A DNA stretch of 64,000 bases from assembly GCF_009914755.1 (NCBI RefSeq), contig NC_060935.1, one strand, 5' to 3'. This DNA is from the human T2T-CHM13v2.0 reference genome, Homo sapiens. A program made the position numbers and the translations under genes. Shown piece after piece: positions 1 through 17,192 of this stretch; position 1 is the stretch's first letter; each line of letters starts with the position of its first letter. The notes beneath the pieces are model-generated. The model saw nothing but the letters and a program-made list of their open reading frames with translations, was not told the origin of the DNA and ran no database searches.

Positions 1-39
1 TGCCAAATAAGATTGTTCACTGCTTCCTCAAAATAGGCT

Positions 40-395
40 GCATTTCCCTCCCTTCAGGGCTTTATTTATGTTCCTTCCTCAAAGCAAGTGGAACGTCATT
101 CCCCTTCAACTCTACCTGTTAAATACAAAATGCTACTTCCTCCACGAAGCCCTCCTGAAAGTTAACTCTCCCAATTGGAGTTAATCTCTTATTCTTTAGC
201 ATAATGATAGCATGCGCTTTATACTTTGCTTAGACAGACAAGTTTTGCTTTATATTACAATAATTTATATAATACCTATTGTCTTCTTCACTAGGCTATA
301 AGCTCATTGAGGGGAGAAGACTTGTCTTATTTATTTTAATTACCCCTACAAAGCCTAGAAGAGTTCTCTGAATATCCAGAGCTCTGTAATATGTC
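40..395 (+). mobile_element. LINE-2 3' region relic
   Basis: Degenerate L2 3' motifs (acttcctccacgaagccctcctga; ctaggctataagctcattgagggg...cttgtctt). Confidence 0.5.
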
Positions 396-999
396 TACTG
401 AAGTTAAAAATGGAAAATCCTTACGCAAACAAACTTTATCCAGAAAAATCATAGCTAAGAAATTAATATGAACACATTCCCATGATAGATCAAAGGAAAT
501 ATTTGCTGTGCTGTGTGCCACATCATATTTTATATCTTGTCTACTTCAAACACTGGCAACTATTTTCAACACAAAAAAAACGTAAATAAGCTGTACTTAT
601 ACCCTTTAATTTATTTTCGAAAATACAACAGTGATTTGTTCAATAATTGTTTCATGGCAAAACAAATGTATCTGCCTTTCAAAAAACCTCTATTTCTCAA
701 ACTCAATTCATGAACATAAGTCATTATCCTTCAAAAGCTGGAAAGAAGAGTAAATTTGCTATCCAAAGTATATACTATTCATATCTGAGCAGACCTCTCC
801 TTTCTACTTATGTCACTAACAGTACTCCTCTTATACCTTTCTTCTGAAAGCAAAGCGCTTTCAAATCCACTAGTACATGTCCCAGTAAGAAAGAGAGAAA
901 GGCTATTGATCCCCACTTAGCAGATTTTGAGAAAGTGGAGATCAAAGAAGAAAAAAACATAAATGAACTTTCATTTTCAGTGGCTAGAATAAAAATCCA

Positions 1000-2218
1000 A
1001 TTTTTTTTTTAATTCAGGGGGTACATGTGCAGATTTGTCACCTGAGTATATTGCATAATGGTGACGTTTGGGATCCTGTTGACTTTGTCACTCAAACAGT
1101 AAACATTGTACCCAATGGGTAATTTTTCAACCCTTGCCTCTCTCCAACCCTCTCCCTTTTGGAGTTCCTGGTGTCTATTATTTCCATCTTTGTATCCACA
1201 TGTACTCATCATTTTGATCCTGATTATACACAAAAACATGCAGTATTCCTGTTTCTGAGTTATTTAACTTAGCATAATGGCTTCCATCTAGTTCCATTGA
1301 TGTTGCTGCAAAGGACATGATTTCATTCTTTTTTATGGCTCAGTAGTATTCTATGATATATATATATATACACCACATTTTCTTTATCCAATCAACCACT
1401 GATGGACACTTAAGTTGATTCAGTGACTGCCATTTGTGAATAGTGCTGCAGTAAACAGATGAGTACAGGTGTCTTTTTGATAAAATGATTTCTTTTCCTT
1501 TGGGTAGAAACCTACTAGCGAGATTGCTGGGTCAGATAATGGTAGTTTTATTTTTAGTTATTTGAGAAATTTCCATACTGTTTTCCATAGAGGTTAATTT
1601 ACATTCCCACCAACAGTACATAAGTGTTCCCTTTTATCCACGTCCTCACCAACATCTGTTATTTTTGACTTTTTAATAGCAATTTTGACTGGTGTGAGAT
1701 GCTAACTCATTGTGGTTTTTAATTTGCATTTCTCTGATGAATTAGTGTTGTTGAGCATTTTTTCATGTATTTTTTGGCCACTTACATGTCTTCTTTTGGG
1801 AAGTGTCTGTTCATGTCCTTTGCCCAAATTTTAATGCAGTTATTTGTTTTATTCTTGTTGATTTGTGTAAATTCGTCATAGATTCTGGATATGTTTTTTG
1901 TTAGATGCATACTTTGCAAATATTTTCTCCAATTCTGTAGGTTGTCTGTTTAATCTGTTGATTGTTTCTTTTGCTGTATAGAAGCTCTTTAGTTTAATTA
2001 AGTTCCACTTGTCAGTTTTTGTTTTTGTTGCATTTGCTTTTGAGGTCATAGTCATGAATTCTTTGCCTAGGCCAATGATGAGAAATGTGTTTCCTAAGTT
2101 TTCTTCCAGAATTTTTATAGATTCAGGTCTTATAGTTAAGTCTTTAATCCATTTTGAGTTAATTCTTCTATATGGTGAGATACAGGGGTTGTTTCTATCT
2201 TCTGCATATGGCTAGCCA
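1000..2218 (-). mobile_element. 5'-truncated LINE-1 3' end (L1PB4/L1PA16-like)
   Basis: Poly-T followed by antisense L1 3'UTR (ggggtacatgtgcagatttgt...) and antisense ORF2 C-terminal sequence. Confidence 0.85.
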
Positions 2219-2285
2219 TCAACTTGTTTATTAACCGTGTCTTCCAAATTCTATTCACCAGGTTAAACTTCTTAAAGTAAACCTC

Positions 2286-3319
2286 GGGCCGAGCCAAGAT
2301 GGCCAAATAGGAACAGCTCTGGTCTACAGCTCCCAGCATTAGCGACGTAGAAGACGGGTGATTTCTGCATTTCCATCTGAGGTACCAGGTTCATCTCACT
2401 AGGGAGTGCCAGACAGTGGGCGTAGGACAGTGGGTGCAGCACAACATGCGCGAGCCGAAGCAGGGCGAGGCATGGCCTCACTCGGGAAGCGCAAGGGGTC
2501 AGGGAGTTCCCTTTCCCAGTCAAAGAAAGGGGTGATGGACGGCACCTGGAAAATCAGGTCACTCCCACCCTAATACTGTGCTTTTCCAATGGGCTTAAAA
2601 AACGGCACACCAGGAGATTATATCCAGCACCTGGCTCAGAGGGTTCTACGCCCACGGAGTCTCGCTGATTGCTAGCACAGCAGTGTGAGATCAAACTGCA
2701 AGGTGGCAGCGAGGCTGGGGGAGGGGTGCCCCGCCATTGCCCAGGCTTGCTTAGGTAAACAAAGCAGCCGGGAAGCTCGAACTGGGTGGAGCCTACCACA
2801 GCTCAAGGAGGCCTCCCTGCCTCTGTAGGCTCCACCTCTGGGGGCAGGGCACCGACAAACGAAAAGACAGCAGTAACCTCTGCAGACTTAAATGTCCCTG
2901 TCTGACAGCTTTGAAGAGAGCAGTGGTTCTCCCAGCATGCAGCTGGAGATCTGAGAATGGACAGACTGCCTCCTCAAGTGGGTCCCTGACCCCTGAACCC
3001 CGAGCAGCCTAACTGGGAGGCACCCCCAGTAGGGGCAGACGGACACCTCACACGGCCGGGTACTCCTCTGAGACAAAACTTCCAGAGGAACGATCAGACA
3101 GCAGCATTCGCGATTCACGAAAATCCACTGTTCTGCTGCCACCACTGCTGATACCCAGGCAAACAGGGTCAGGAGTGGACCTCTAGCAAACTCCAACAGA
3201 CCTGCAGCTGAGGGTCCTGTCTGTTAGAAAGAACACTAACAAACAGAAAGGACATCTACACCAAAAACCCATCTGTACATCACCATCATCAAAGACCAAA
3301 AGTAGATAAAACCACAAAG
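2286..3319 (+). promoter_or_regulatory. L1 5'UTR internal sense promoter and antisense promoter; YY1 motif at 2295-2304
   Basis: Relatively CpG-rich L1PA 5'UTR preceding the ORF1 ATG at 3320. Confidence 0.8.
2554..2737 (-). pseudogene. L1 ORF0 remnant (frameshifted after the ATG, premature TGA)
   Basis: Track peptide PPPASLPPCSLISHCCASNQRDSVGV...IRVGVT matches primate L1 ORF0. An extra base follows the ATG at 2737 and a CGA>TGA stop lies at 2554-2556. Confidence 0.75.
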
Positions 3320-4335
3320 ATGGGGAAAAAAACAGAGCAGAAAAACTGGAAACTCTAAAAAGCAGAGCGCCTCTTCTCCTCCAAAGGAATGCAGTTCCTC
3401 ACCAGCAACGGAACAAAGCTGGATGGAGAATTACTTTGACGAGTTAAGAGAAGGCTTCAGATGATCAAACTACTCCGAGCTACAGGAGGAAACTCAAACC
3501 AAAGGCAAAGAAGTTAAAAACTTTGAAAAAAATTTAGACGAATGTATAACTAGAAGAACCAATACAGAGAAGTGCTTAAAGGAGCTGATGGAGCTGAAAG
3601 CCAAGGCTCGAGAACTATGTGAAGAATGCAGAAGCCTCAGGAGCCGATGTGATCAACTGGAAGAAAGGGTATCAGTGATGGAAGATGAAACGAATGAAAT
3701 GAAGCGAGAAGAGAAGTTTAGAGAAAAAAAGAATAAGAACAAATGAACAAAGCCTCCAAGAAATATGGGACTATGTGAAAAGACCAAATCTACGTCTGAT
3801 TCGTGTACCTGAAAGTGACAGGAAGAATGGAACCAAGTTGGAAAACACTCTGCAGGATATTATCCAGGAGAACTTCCCCAATCTAGCAAGGCAGGCCAAC
3901 ATTCACATTCAGGAAATACAGAGAACGCCACAAAGATACTCCTCAAGAAGAGCAACTCCAAGACACATAATTGTCAGATTCACCAAAGTTGAAATGAAGG
4001 AAAAAATGTTAAGGGCAGCCACAGAGAAAGGTCGGGTTACCCACAAAGGGAAGCCCATCAGACTAACAGCGGATCTCTTGGCAGGAACTCTACAACCCAG
4101 AAGACAGTGGGGGCCAATATTCAATATTCTTAAAGAAAAGAATTTTCAACCCAGAATTTCATATCCAGCCAAACTAAGCTTCATAAGTGAAGGAGAAATA
4201 AAATCCTTTACAGAGAAGCAAATGCTGAGAGATTTTGTCATCACCAGGCCTGCCCTAAAAGAGCTCCTGAAGGAAGCACTAAACATGGAAAGGAACAACC
4301 AGTACCAGCCACTGCAAAATCATGCCAAAATGTAA
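3320..4335 (+). pseudogene. L1 ORF1p (RNA-binding chaperone), disrupted
   Basis: ATGGGGAAAAAAACAG has an extra A causing a frameshift. The C-terminal 186-aa fragment has RPNLRLI and YPAKLSF and ends HAKM*. Confidence 0.92.
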
Positions 4336-4398
4336 GGACCATCGAGACTAGGAAGAAACTGCATCAACTAACGAGCAAAATAACCAGCTAACATCATA

Positions 4399-8224
<3,826 letters not shown>

Positions 8225-9292
8225 ACAATGAGAACACATGGACACAGGAAGGGGAACATCACACTCCGGGGCCTGTTGTGGGGTCGGGGGAGTGGGGAGG
8301 GATAGCATTAGGAGATATACCTAATGCTAAATGATGAGTTAATTGGTGCAGCACACCAGCATGGCACATGTATACATATGTAACTAACCTGCACATTGTG
8401 CACATGTACCCTAAAACTTAAAGTATAATAATAATAAATTAAAATAAATAAATAAAGTAAATCTCTCTCCCAAATTTCATAATGTGATACTAACTTTAAA
8501 AGTACTAACTTATCTAAATATTAATCCAGCCTTTCGTATATCAATTTTACTTAAAATAAGACCCAGATATTTTTAAACTGGCAAGAAAATAGAGACATAG
8601 AACACAAAAGAGAAATTAAGGTCACAGAATGAACTCAAATGTGGCATTGAGGACTACAGTCCTCTTAATTCTATAAAGTTTTTAAGTTTTTCCCCGGACA
8701 TCTTCTAAGATACTCTTACCCACACCTACATGCATAAATGTAGGGAGAAGGAACTATGGCAGATTATATAATAGATAGAAACACTTTTTAAACAAACTTT
8801 CATGCCCTAATACAGTAGATCCCAATCCAAAGAAGAAGCTCCAGCGGCCAAAAAGGACTTTTCACTCAGGAGCAACAGCCAGATATCAGCTGTTCATTGC
8901 AAGTATCCTGACTGGCATCTCAGTTACTTTAAAGAGGCTCATAAAAATTCCTAGAGCACTGAAGAGGGAAAAAAAAATCAACCTAGGCAATTAGTCAAAA
9001 GAAAAGGGTCACTGCCACAGACACTTCATTTTAGAATCCTGGAAACTGACAGCTTCATGAAATTGCATTTCCACTTTCTAATATTTAACTATTTCTTTAC
9101 TCTTTTTTGTTGCAACCCTCAGCTGGAACCTGCTCTGGGAACAGTATTTAATTGCTACCCTGGGTGAAATTAAGTTAATCTAATTTACCTCTCCCAGATG
9201 TATTCATATTTTATACTTGCTCAGTAATCCTGAAATGGGAAGATAAGTGCTGAAGAGGGAAGGAATCTAACATGTCTTAGAAGCCTAACACA

Positions 9293-9699
9293 TGTGGTAG
9301 GTTGTATTATGTTCCAAATTATCTTTTCCCACCCTTTGCCATGTGACTTCTTTTGCCTCCCAATAGATGAAATACATTTCTTTGCCTCATCACCAGGCTT
9401 AGACATATAACCTGGCTAACAGAATATGAGAAGATGTAACAAATGCCATATCTGTACGAAAACTATTAATGCACCTGCATAGTGTTGTATTCTTGGCCTC
9501 TGTTTGGAGAACAGCATGTCCCAGATAGGAGCTGCTCCTTCAATTTGAATCACAGACTGAAATGACATACAGAGAAACAAACAGAGACAAGTAGAGCCAC
9601 AGCCAACCTGCAAACCCATCACTGAAAAATAAATGTCTGTCGTTTCAAGCCACTGGGACTTCGGGAGTCATTGTGACGGCAGCAAAGCTCCAAAACACA
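9293..9699 (+). mobile_element. MaLR solo LTR (MLT1I/J-like)
   Basis: Begins tgtggtagg; contains ctttgccatgtgact and aaataaatg...ttcaagccactg; ends ...aca. Confidence 0.7.
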
Positions 9700-9709
9700 A
9701 AAATTGGTA

Positions 9710-10050
9710 AAAGAAATGGTTTTATGGTACATAACAACCTCAAAATCTTAGTGACTTACAAAAATAAATATTCATTTCTCAGGTTGTATTACAAGTTGGT
9801 GGATGCAGGTCAGCTTCTGTGTCTCTGCTCAAGGCTGTGAGTCAGATTCAAGCCCGCTCCATTATTTTCTTATTCTAGATCTCAGTTTGCAGGTACATCC
9901 CACGTATGAAACATGCCCTTCTTGTAACATAAGGCACAGGATAAGAGGCCCGGTAGAAATTTTACAATGTTTCTAAAAGTCTGCTCATAATTACATGGCC
10001 AAAGTCAATGGGAAGGAGGAAATATACTTACTCTATAAGAAATGAAGAAA
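9710..10050 (-). mobile_element. MaLR LTR relic (MLT1-like)
   Basis: Antisense MLT1 3' motif cataacaacctcaaaatcttagtgactta. Confidence 0.5.
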
Positions 10051-10094
10051 TAAGTACAATATGTCACACTTACTATATTCCAATCATTGTTGTA

Positions 10095-10285
10095 GCTGTG
10101 TTTTACATAAGTTATCTCACTTACATCTCATACCAATATTTCAAGGAAGACGTTATTCTCATCTTTTAGAAAATTCAGACTCAGAGAAGTAATCTAACTT
10201 GTCCAAAGTTATTCAGAGGGTGTGTGAAGGGAGGGCTAGGGTCCCAGTCCACGAATATGTGACTCCAAAGCATTTGCTCTTACTT
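10095..10285 (-). mobile_element. MIR SINE
   Basis: MIR core antisense: gactcagagaagtaatctaacttgtccaaag...tgactccaaagc. Confidence 0.7.
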
Positions 10286-11877
10286 CCATCCCACATTCAC
10301 ACTCAGTTTTTCTCTGTCAAGTTATAAGCATTAACTTAACAGATGGGATCTGTCCTTGTGTAAAACCAGTATTGGCTATCACAGATTTCAATAGGTAACC
10401 TTTCTAAGTGAAATAGGGAAATGTAAGGGTAGTGAAAAAGAGGGGAACGTCTATGAAAATAGACTTATGAAATGATAGGCAGAAATGAGCACAACAATGA
10501 GAAGATATGTGAATGAGAACCCAAGGAACTGGAAAATAAGAAGAGAAATTGATAGCACTTCTCTGGGCAAGAGCACTTTCAAAAATAGCTTGCCTCAGGG
10601 GAAAACTTTTTAGACTCTGATTTCACAGGCCATAAGAAAAGCACTAGGGTGTTTCCCTTTCCTTCAAAAGTACACACCCAGTTATTTTGTAGCTGCCTGA
10701 ATACTACTATGTATTCACTCTAGTGACTGTTTTGAGACTGGTGGTCTCCTACCTTATGGGCATTGAGTGCTTTTTAAAAATCTAAAACCCATGCCATCCC
10801 TGATGCACCTGGACAGGCTGCTCTCAACACATTTTTTATCTGAGTCACATCTTTGGAGCTTCAGACCACGATATGTCTGCCAATTTCTACCACAGTTTTA
10901 ATCTATTTGAAATATTAACATACTATAATAGCAATGTAACTTCTAAGTTGTTATTGTTGATATTATTAATTCAAGAATTAAAACACTGAATACATTATTA
11001 TGCCAGCAGAAAATTGTCTAACCATCAGGTAAATAATAATTAGAGTTATAGAAGCACCATAGGATATTAGTTCCTGAAACAGAAAGCTGGAAAATCTTAT
11101 AGCAGGCCTCCAAGCCAGATAGCCAGACTGCCAAAATCTCCGAGTGATACAGTACATTACTACTAATTAAGTCTTGTATAAGCATTCCATGCTATTTTGT
11201 TTGGCTATATTGGAAGATCCTGTTACTCTAACACACAATGGAGAGAAAAAGAAAAACAGGCAAATATTTTCCCAGGCATGAGAAGAAAACTGCAGCAGTC
11301 AATTCTTGTCCATACAATTTGGCCTAACTATTCTCCTCTTCAACCTTGACATTTGTCCCCAAATGTTGCTATCCAGCTAACCACTCACAATCTTCCAGTA
11401 AAATAAATAAGCTATATTTACCTATCATGGCTTTGGATATTTTCCTGTAATTCAGAATGTCAAATAAATTACACGGTATATTAAACAAGAATGGAATTAA
11501 TTGGTGCATAAATAATGTATCTCAGAAATATTACCTTGTTCATTCTCAGGTATCAGTGGACTATTCTAGTTGGTGGCACTCAGACCCTTTAACATTGATC
11601 CCTTTAACAGATAATCCAAAAGAGAAAAAAATCTTACCAATGCAGTATGTGTCTGTGCACACCCAGATGCAAAACATCAAAATAAATTTATGACCTATTA
11701 TTATCATTATTGCTTATATGTGTGGGTGGATAAAATGTACAGAAACGCTTATTAAATTTAAATTAGCCAAAAGGTGGCAGTAGAAAGTCTAACTATGAAA
11801 CACAGCATAAAATCTCATTTATCCAAAATTTGTGATTGTATAAACAAGGACTGGATGACATATAACAGAAAAAAAAA

Positions 11878-12090
11878 CACAGCTTTGCAGTCAGATAGAT
11901 CTAGCCTCTAATTCCAGCTCTATTACTGTGTGACACTGCACTATCAGCTTCTCTGAGCCTCAGATTTCTAATCTTTAAATGAGACAACTTTGAAAATATA
12001 CAGGATTTTTAAGGATCAAGAGAGATAATAATTGCATAAACCTCATTGGACAAGGCTTAACACATGGTAGATACTCAGTAAATGTTAGAA
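11878..12090 (+). mobile_element. MIR SINE
   Basis: aattccagctct...tgtgtgac...ctctgagcctcagatttctaatcttta...cagtaaatgttag. Confidence 0.75.
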
Positions 12091-12711
12091 AATGTTTGAC
12101 ATAAAAGGAGTAGAGGATATAAACATTTTTTTAAAGTGCAATTCAGAATTCTTGTTAAAGTGAAGAAATAAAAGCAATTTTTTCTTTACCCTTCTCCTTT
12201 GAAAACAACTAAAATGAATGCAAAATGGGAGGTGGAAGACTCTTCAATGATACAGTGAAACACCTAAAAGCTCAAGCCACAGTATGAAAAATATCTGCCA
12301 AATACATTGATATCTGAGCCAGAATAAGGGAGAATACAACCTGACACCAACCACCTCATGTTCAAGCAAGAATAAATTTCTCTAAACGTATGAAAGGATA
12401 TCAAATTCTCCTTTGATTAAAGTGATAAGACTTAGGGCCATTATAGACAACAGAACTAATAGGAAATATTCCTGCGAAGAAATATCCCAGCTCCACACTG
12501 ATGAATTGAAGGTAAAGTAGAGCTGAATAAAGAAGAAACATGCAGACAGACTATCTTGTCTATAATCTAATCTCCTAAGACACTGTCCGAGGTGAAGGAA
12601 AGGAAGCAGAGATGACCAGATCACAACACGGATAGCCTGACTTAAGGTGCTTTGTTGTAAGCCACACCAAACTTCTAATGCCAAAAACTAAGGAGAGATA
12701 TAGGAAAATAA

Positions 12712-13002
12712 TGTAAACATATTTTATATATATATAGAATGTAAATATATTATATATAGAATGTAAATATATATAAATATATATAATGTTAAAATATATA
12801 TATTCCTCTATATATATATATATGTTCCTCTACAGATAGATAGATATACATCTCTATATAGATATATATTTCAGATTAAATTAAACTTCTGTAAATTTGG
12901 TGATTGTTGCAATAAGGACACACCAAGGGAAAGAGAAGAGAATGTTTCCTCATAGATATATATAGAGAGAAAGAGAGAAAGGAAAAAATATATATACATA
13001 TA
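12712..13002. repeat. (TA)n-rich low-complexity region with an embedded duplicated segment
   Basis: Degenerate TA repeats visible on both sides of 12866-12953. Confidence 0.85.
12866..12953. repeat. Copy A of an ~89-bp dispersed direct repeat
   Basis: About 91% identical (8 differences by eye) to 14698-14786. Confidence 0.92.
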
Positions 13003-13239
13003 TGAGGATTTTCAAGACAACAAATCCCAGTTAAATCTGCTGGGACTAATTTTTTAAAACTTGCCCCTACACAACCCCTCCTAATATTATTTTTCAGCAA
13101 GTAGCTATCCAGTATTAAAATGCCCCCATTTGAAGATAAGCAATAAGAAAAAATCAGCACTGGACCCATATATACATTTATAATAAAAAAAGAATATAAT
13201 TTAAAGAGATGGGCATATATTTAATTCAAGCTGAATGTA

Positions 13240-13440
13240 TTAAATTCTACTGTGTCATGTTCTTTTACTCATGTCATAACAAATTTAACCTTGCTTAATA
13301 TATATATCAACCCTATGGAATAAATATTACATTCCTATTTTTTTAATGAGGAAACTTGAGGTCTAAGGTCTACTTGCAGCTGTCACATGTTGGAATCTGG
13401 ATATAAATCCAGGTCTTCTGAATTAAAAGCCCATACTCTA
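13240..13440 (-). mobile_element. MIR SINE
   Basis: aaccctatggaa...atttttttaatgaggaaacttgagg...aatccaggtcttctga. Confidence 0.6.
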
Positions 13441-14697
13441 AATATACCTTTCATAAGTATTTACACTTAAATAATATCCACTCGCAGACTTGGTCTTTCC
13501 ACACTAAAGTCTTACATTATGTGTAGTCTATATTAATGTGAATTCACTCATACTCGCTAATCTTTTTCTTGATTTCTTTTGATCCGTATTTCTTTCTGAA
13601 TATACAATAACAAAACCTGGTTTTCCAGCCAGTTTGCTACTACATTGTTTCGCTTAAGGACAAGAGTCTATTGTATTTTGTTTCAAATATTTTTCCTCAT
13701 GACATCCAATATTTCTTCTGATTTTTTGGTCACATACAAACAGAAATCTCTAAAATAATTCTGCCTACTTTAGATAGTAAGTAAGAGTTAAGCTTTGTTG
13801 TCTTTGTCTTAAACAGAAATAAAAATGGAAATAATCTCCAATTGGGCAAGTGAAGACTTCCTATGCCATTTTCTTCTTATTTTCCTATATGTGGTATTCT
13901 TTTTATATTATCCATTCGTAACTAGCATTTTTCTACCTGAAAAAGTTTGTAACATGCTTCTCATTTCAAGGAAATAAGAGATTTCCCTATACTTCCTCTT
14001 CAAATTCATTTTTTTAAGTGACTAGTCTTAGAACTAATCCCAAAGAACCCTCTCTGTTAACACTACTCTATTTAGGAAAGGGCCTATTTATCCTTACTCT
14101 TCAGTTTTTTAATCCACTGTATGATCAAGAAATGAGACAAAGCTAGCTAACTGGCTTATAGTCCTATGACTTTAATCTCTTCTACACTGGGCTCTAAATT
14201 AATTCTTCAGAAATCAGAAAAACTCATTCAATTCTGTAACAAATGTTCAATCCTGGTGCTTAATATACAATTATATCTCATAGTAATCTTGCTCACTTAA
14301 TAATAAAAGAAAACTGGTTTCTTGTAGTCTCCTTAGCAAATCTCAACTACTGAATCCTACTTAGAGCATGTCCACTACATCATGATTCAAAACATTTTAA
14401 AATAACAATGTATACTCCAGAGTAATTGAAGGAAAATACTTTATAAAAACAGACCTAGTCATAATATGCCTTAACATTTAAGCCCAAAATAAAATGCAGT
14501 CTAAATATCAACTTCTGGTCTCAGTGATATAATGGCAAGGTTCAAAAATATCCTAAATATCTTCTGAAGCATGATATGCCAGTACTGTCAAGCACCAAAC
14601 ACAAAGCTAGAAGCTGTGAATTACAAAGGTCTTAAAACAAATTTACAAAGTGTAATCACTCTTCATAGGTGAGATATTCTGTTTATTCTATGGAGGA

Positions 14698-14786
14698 ATA
14701 TTTCAGTTTAAATTAAACATCTGTATATTTTGGTGTGTGTTGCAATAAGGACACGCCAAGGGAAAGAGAAGAGAATGTTTCATCAT
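14698..14786. repeat. Copy B of an ~89-bp dispersed direct repeat (C/D-box-like on the minus strand)
   Basis: Matches 12866-12953; the minus strand reads ATGATGA...CTGA. Confidence 0.92.
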
Positions 14787-17192
14787 GTTCAGCATAATGC
14801 AAGTATAATATGAATTTCTGATAGAAATATTTTCAAGAAAATGAAATCACTAAATTAAAATTTCATTTAATATTGATGCCCTTTATCATCAAAAAATACC
14901 TAGACACAAAATTACAGATTGGCATCTTTTTAAAACATAATACTTAGCATACTAATTATATTCATTCAGCAAAGAAATCATTAAAATGTTCAACATAAAT
15001 CAAAAGTATATAATATCAGTACCTTGCAATAGAAACATAGTATTTAAAGCTAAATGAATATATCTTTAATATTTTTGGCATAATTTAGTCTATGAAGCTG
15101 GGTAAGATGATAGGTGACTGAAAAACTGAATAACCCCTAAAAACTAAACAAAATGGAGAATTAATAGAAATATCAATAAAGAGTATTAAGATCAAAAAAA
15201 TACTTGCATCTTGAGATCTGAGAAGTCATATTCTGAAATTTGAATTCTGAAGACGTTAAAGGTGGAAAACATGCTTGAAAGTCATGTATTAACTTCTTGT
15301 CATTCCTTTGCAGAAGCAGAAAATGGTTGCTACATTTTTCACCCTAAGCTGAAGATGCTTAAAGTGATAAAAGTTTTAAAGATTATATACCCTCATTGAA
15401 AATATGAAATTTTGTCTTCTGAAAAAGAGTAATATTGCTAACTTTTAATTTTGTCCTATTGGGATGCACGTTTGAACAGGAGAGAGAGAGATAATAAACA
15501 AAACCTAAATACTAAAATGAAAGTGCCCAAACACAAGAATAATCATATTATGTCATTTGGTGACAATAAATTTGTGTCATTTTTTAAAATAAACATATAT
15601 TTCCTTCAGTTTTATTTATAACCAATAAGATATCAAGTAAAAATTCACATAAAAATAAAGTTCACAGTTCCAAACAAAGATAATTTTGATGATCAGTTTT
15701 TGAAAACAAATAACACTACATCTGTTGAGCACATGTTTTTGTCTTGTGTGCACCTTACATACCAGTCTATGTCTCAAAAGCACATAAAGTTTCAAGGTAA
15801 TACATAATTAGGAATTTTCTTAAATGTATCAAATCAGAATCAATAACTGGCAATTTAAAGTAATGACTTGTCAACCATAACACATTTTCAACACTGTATT
15901 AGATAGAATGGCACAGCAGAACCAGTAAGTCCAATATTCTTATTCATTCAAATTCTTATTCATCTCTTAATCTATATATCATACAATATTGGTTGGTGAT
16001 GCAAAAGTCTTCATATAGAAAAACCTAGAAAATTCTCAAATGAGCACTTCTTAGGCCTGCATATCACAGAACCTTGAAAACTTTAAAAACCAAGAGACTA
16101 GGAACCTAAAAGAAAGAAAGTTATAGATAACACTGATTTTTTTAATAGTTTTAAAACATTTTTTAAATAAGATCACATTTTTTTCCAGCGAAGTTGGACT
16201 TAGGTTTCTTCTAGAACTTTGCCTTGTATATAAAATGAACTTGAAATAAAGGGCTTCCAAGTTCCCTCCAATTCTAAAACAATGCAGTTTTATAGTCTTT
16301 GGAAATATCAGAAGTTCCCAACACACAAATGGATTTAGTTTCAAAAGTTTGGAATGTACTTTCCCATAGAAACAATGATGCCAATAGGAGTTAGAAAACT
16401 ATGCCACTTCACTCATAGAATGGCTGAGCACTGAATTATAACTAACACCAGTTTCTATAAGAAAATATTCATTGAGTTTTGTCTGGGGACCCCAAGAACA
16501 AACTGTCCTCCTGACCCTCACACCCCAAACACTCCAAGCAGGAAAGGGACTTCACTGATGTCTGCAGCAGCAATGCTAAGGGCCAAGCAAGAGACATTTA
16601 GAAAAGCTTCGTCCATCACATCTTCAACTGGAGCCTTGATGCCATATCCTTTTCCTTTTTCTACAAAGTTCCTATCATTGGAACATTCATCAACAGTTAT
16701 AGCTATGGTACTTAATGTCCACATAATTGCTGAAGAGGGAAAGATTTCTGCAGAAGATTTAAACTGAGTATTGACTAGTTAGGAATTATCCTTAACCTAA
16801 GCCACAAGCAGAGATATGTCAATGTTTTTATAATACAATGTCTTCATAATGATGGAATTTGACCTGCATATTGAAGGGCAGTAGTACATTGTTAGTTTTG
16901 TTTGAGATACTGATGTTCACTCACTGAATATATCATCACTAGATCTTTCTAAGAATGGATATGCTAAAGAAGATTGTGCAAGCTCGTGAAAATATCTACT
17001 ACATGATGGTGTTTTTAAATGTATCTACAAAATGTATATAATTAGCTGACAGACTACCCTCCCAGTAAACCCAGAGCAGACATTGTCTAACAGGGAAAGC
17101 TATTATTTATACCTATGCCCCAAAAATCAAATAAGCAAATTACTTATATTTCTTTCTTTCTTTTTTGAAGCATGATTCAAAAAATTGGTCTT

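Noticed and set aside
11535-11601. Minus-strand coding exon (ttaaag|...AAG|gtaata)
   Set aside because: Stop codons in all three frames and a weak acceptor
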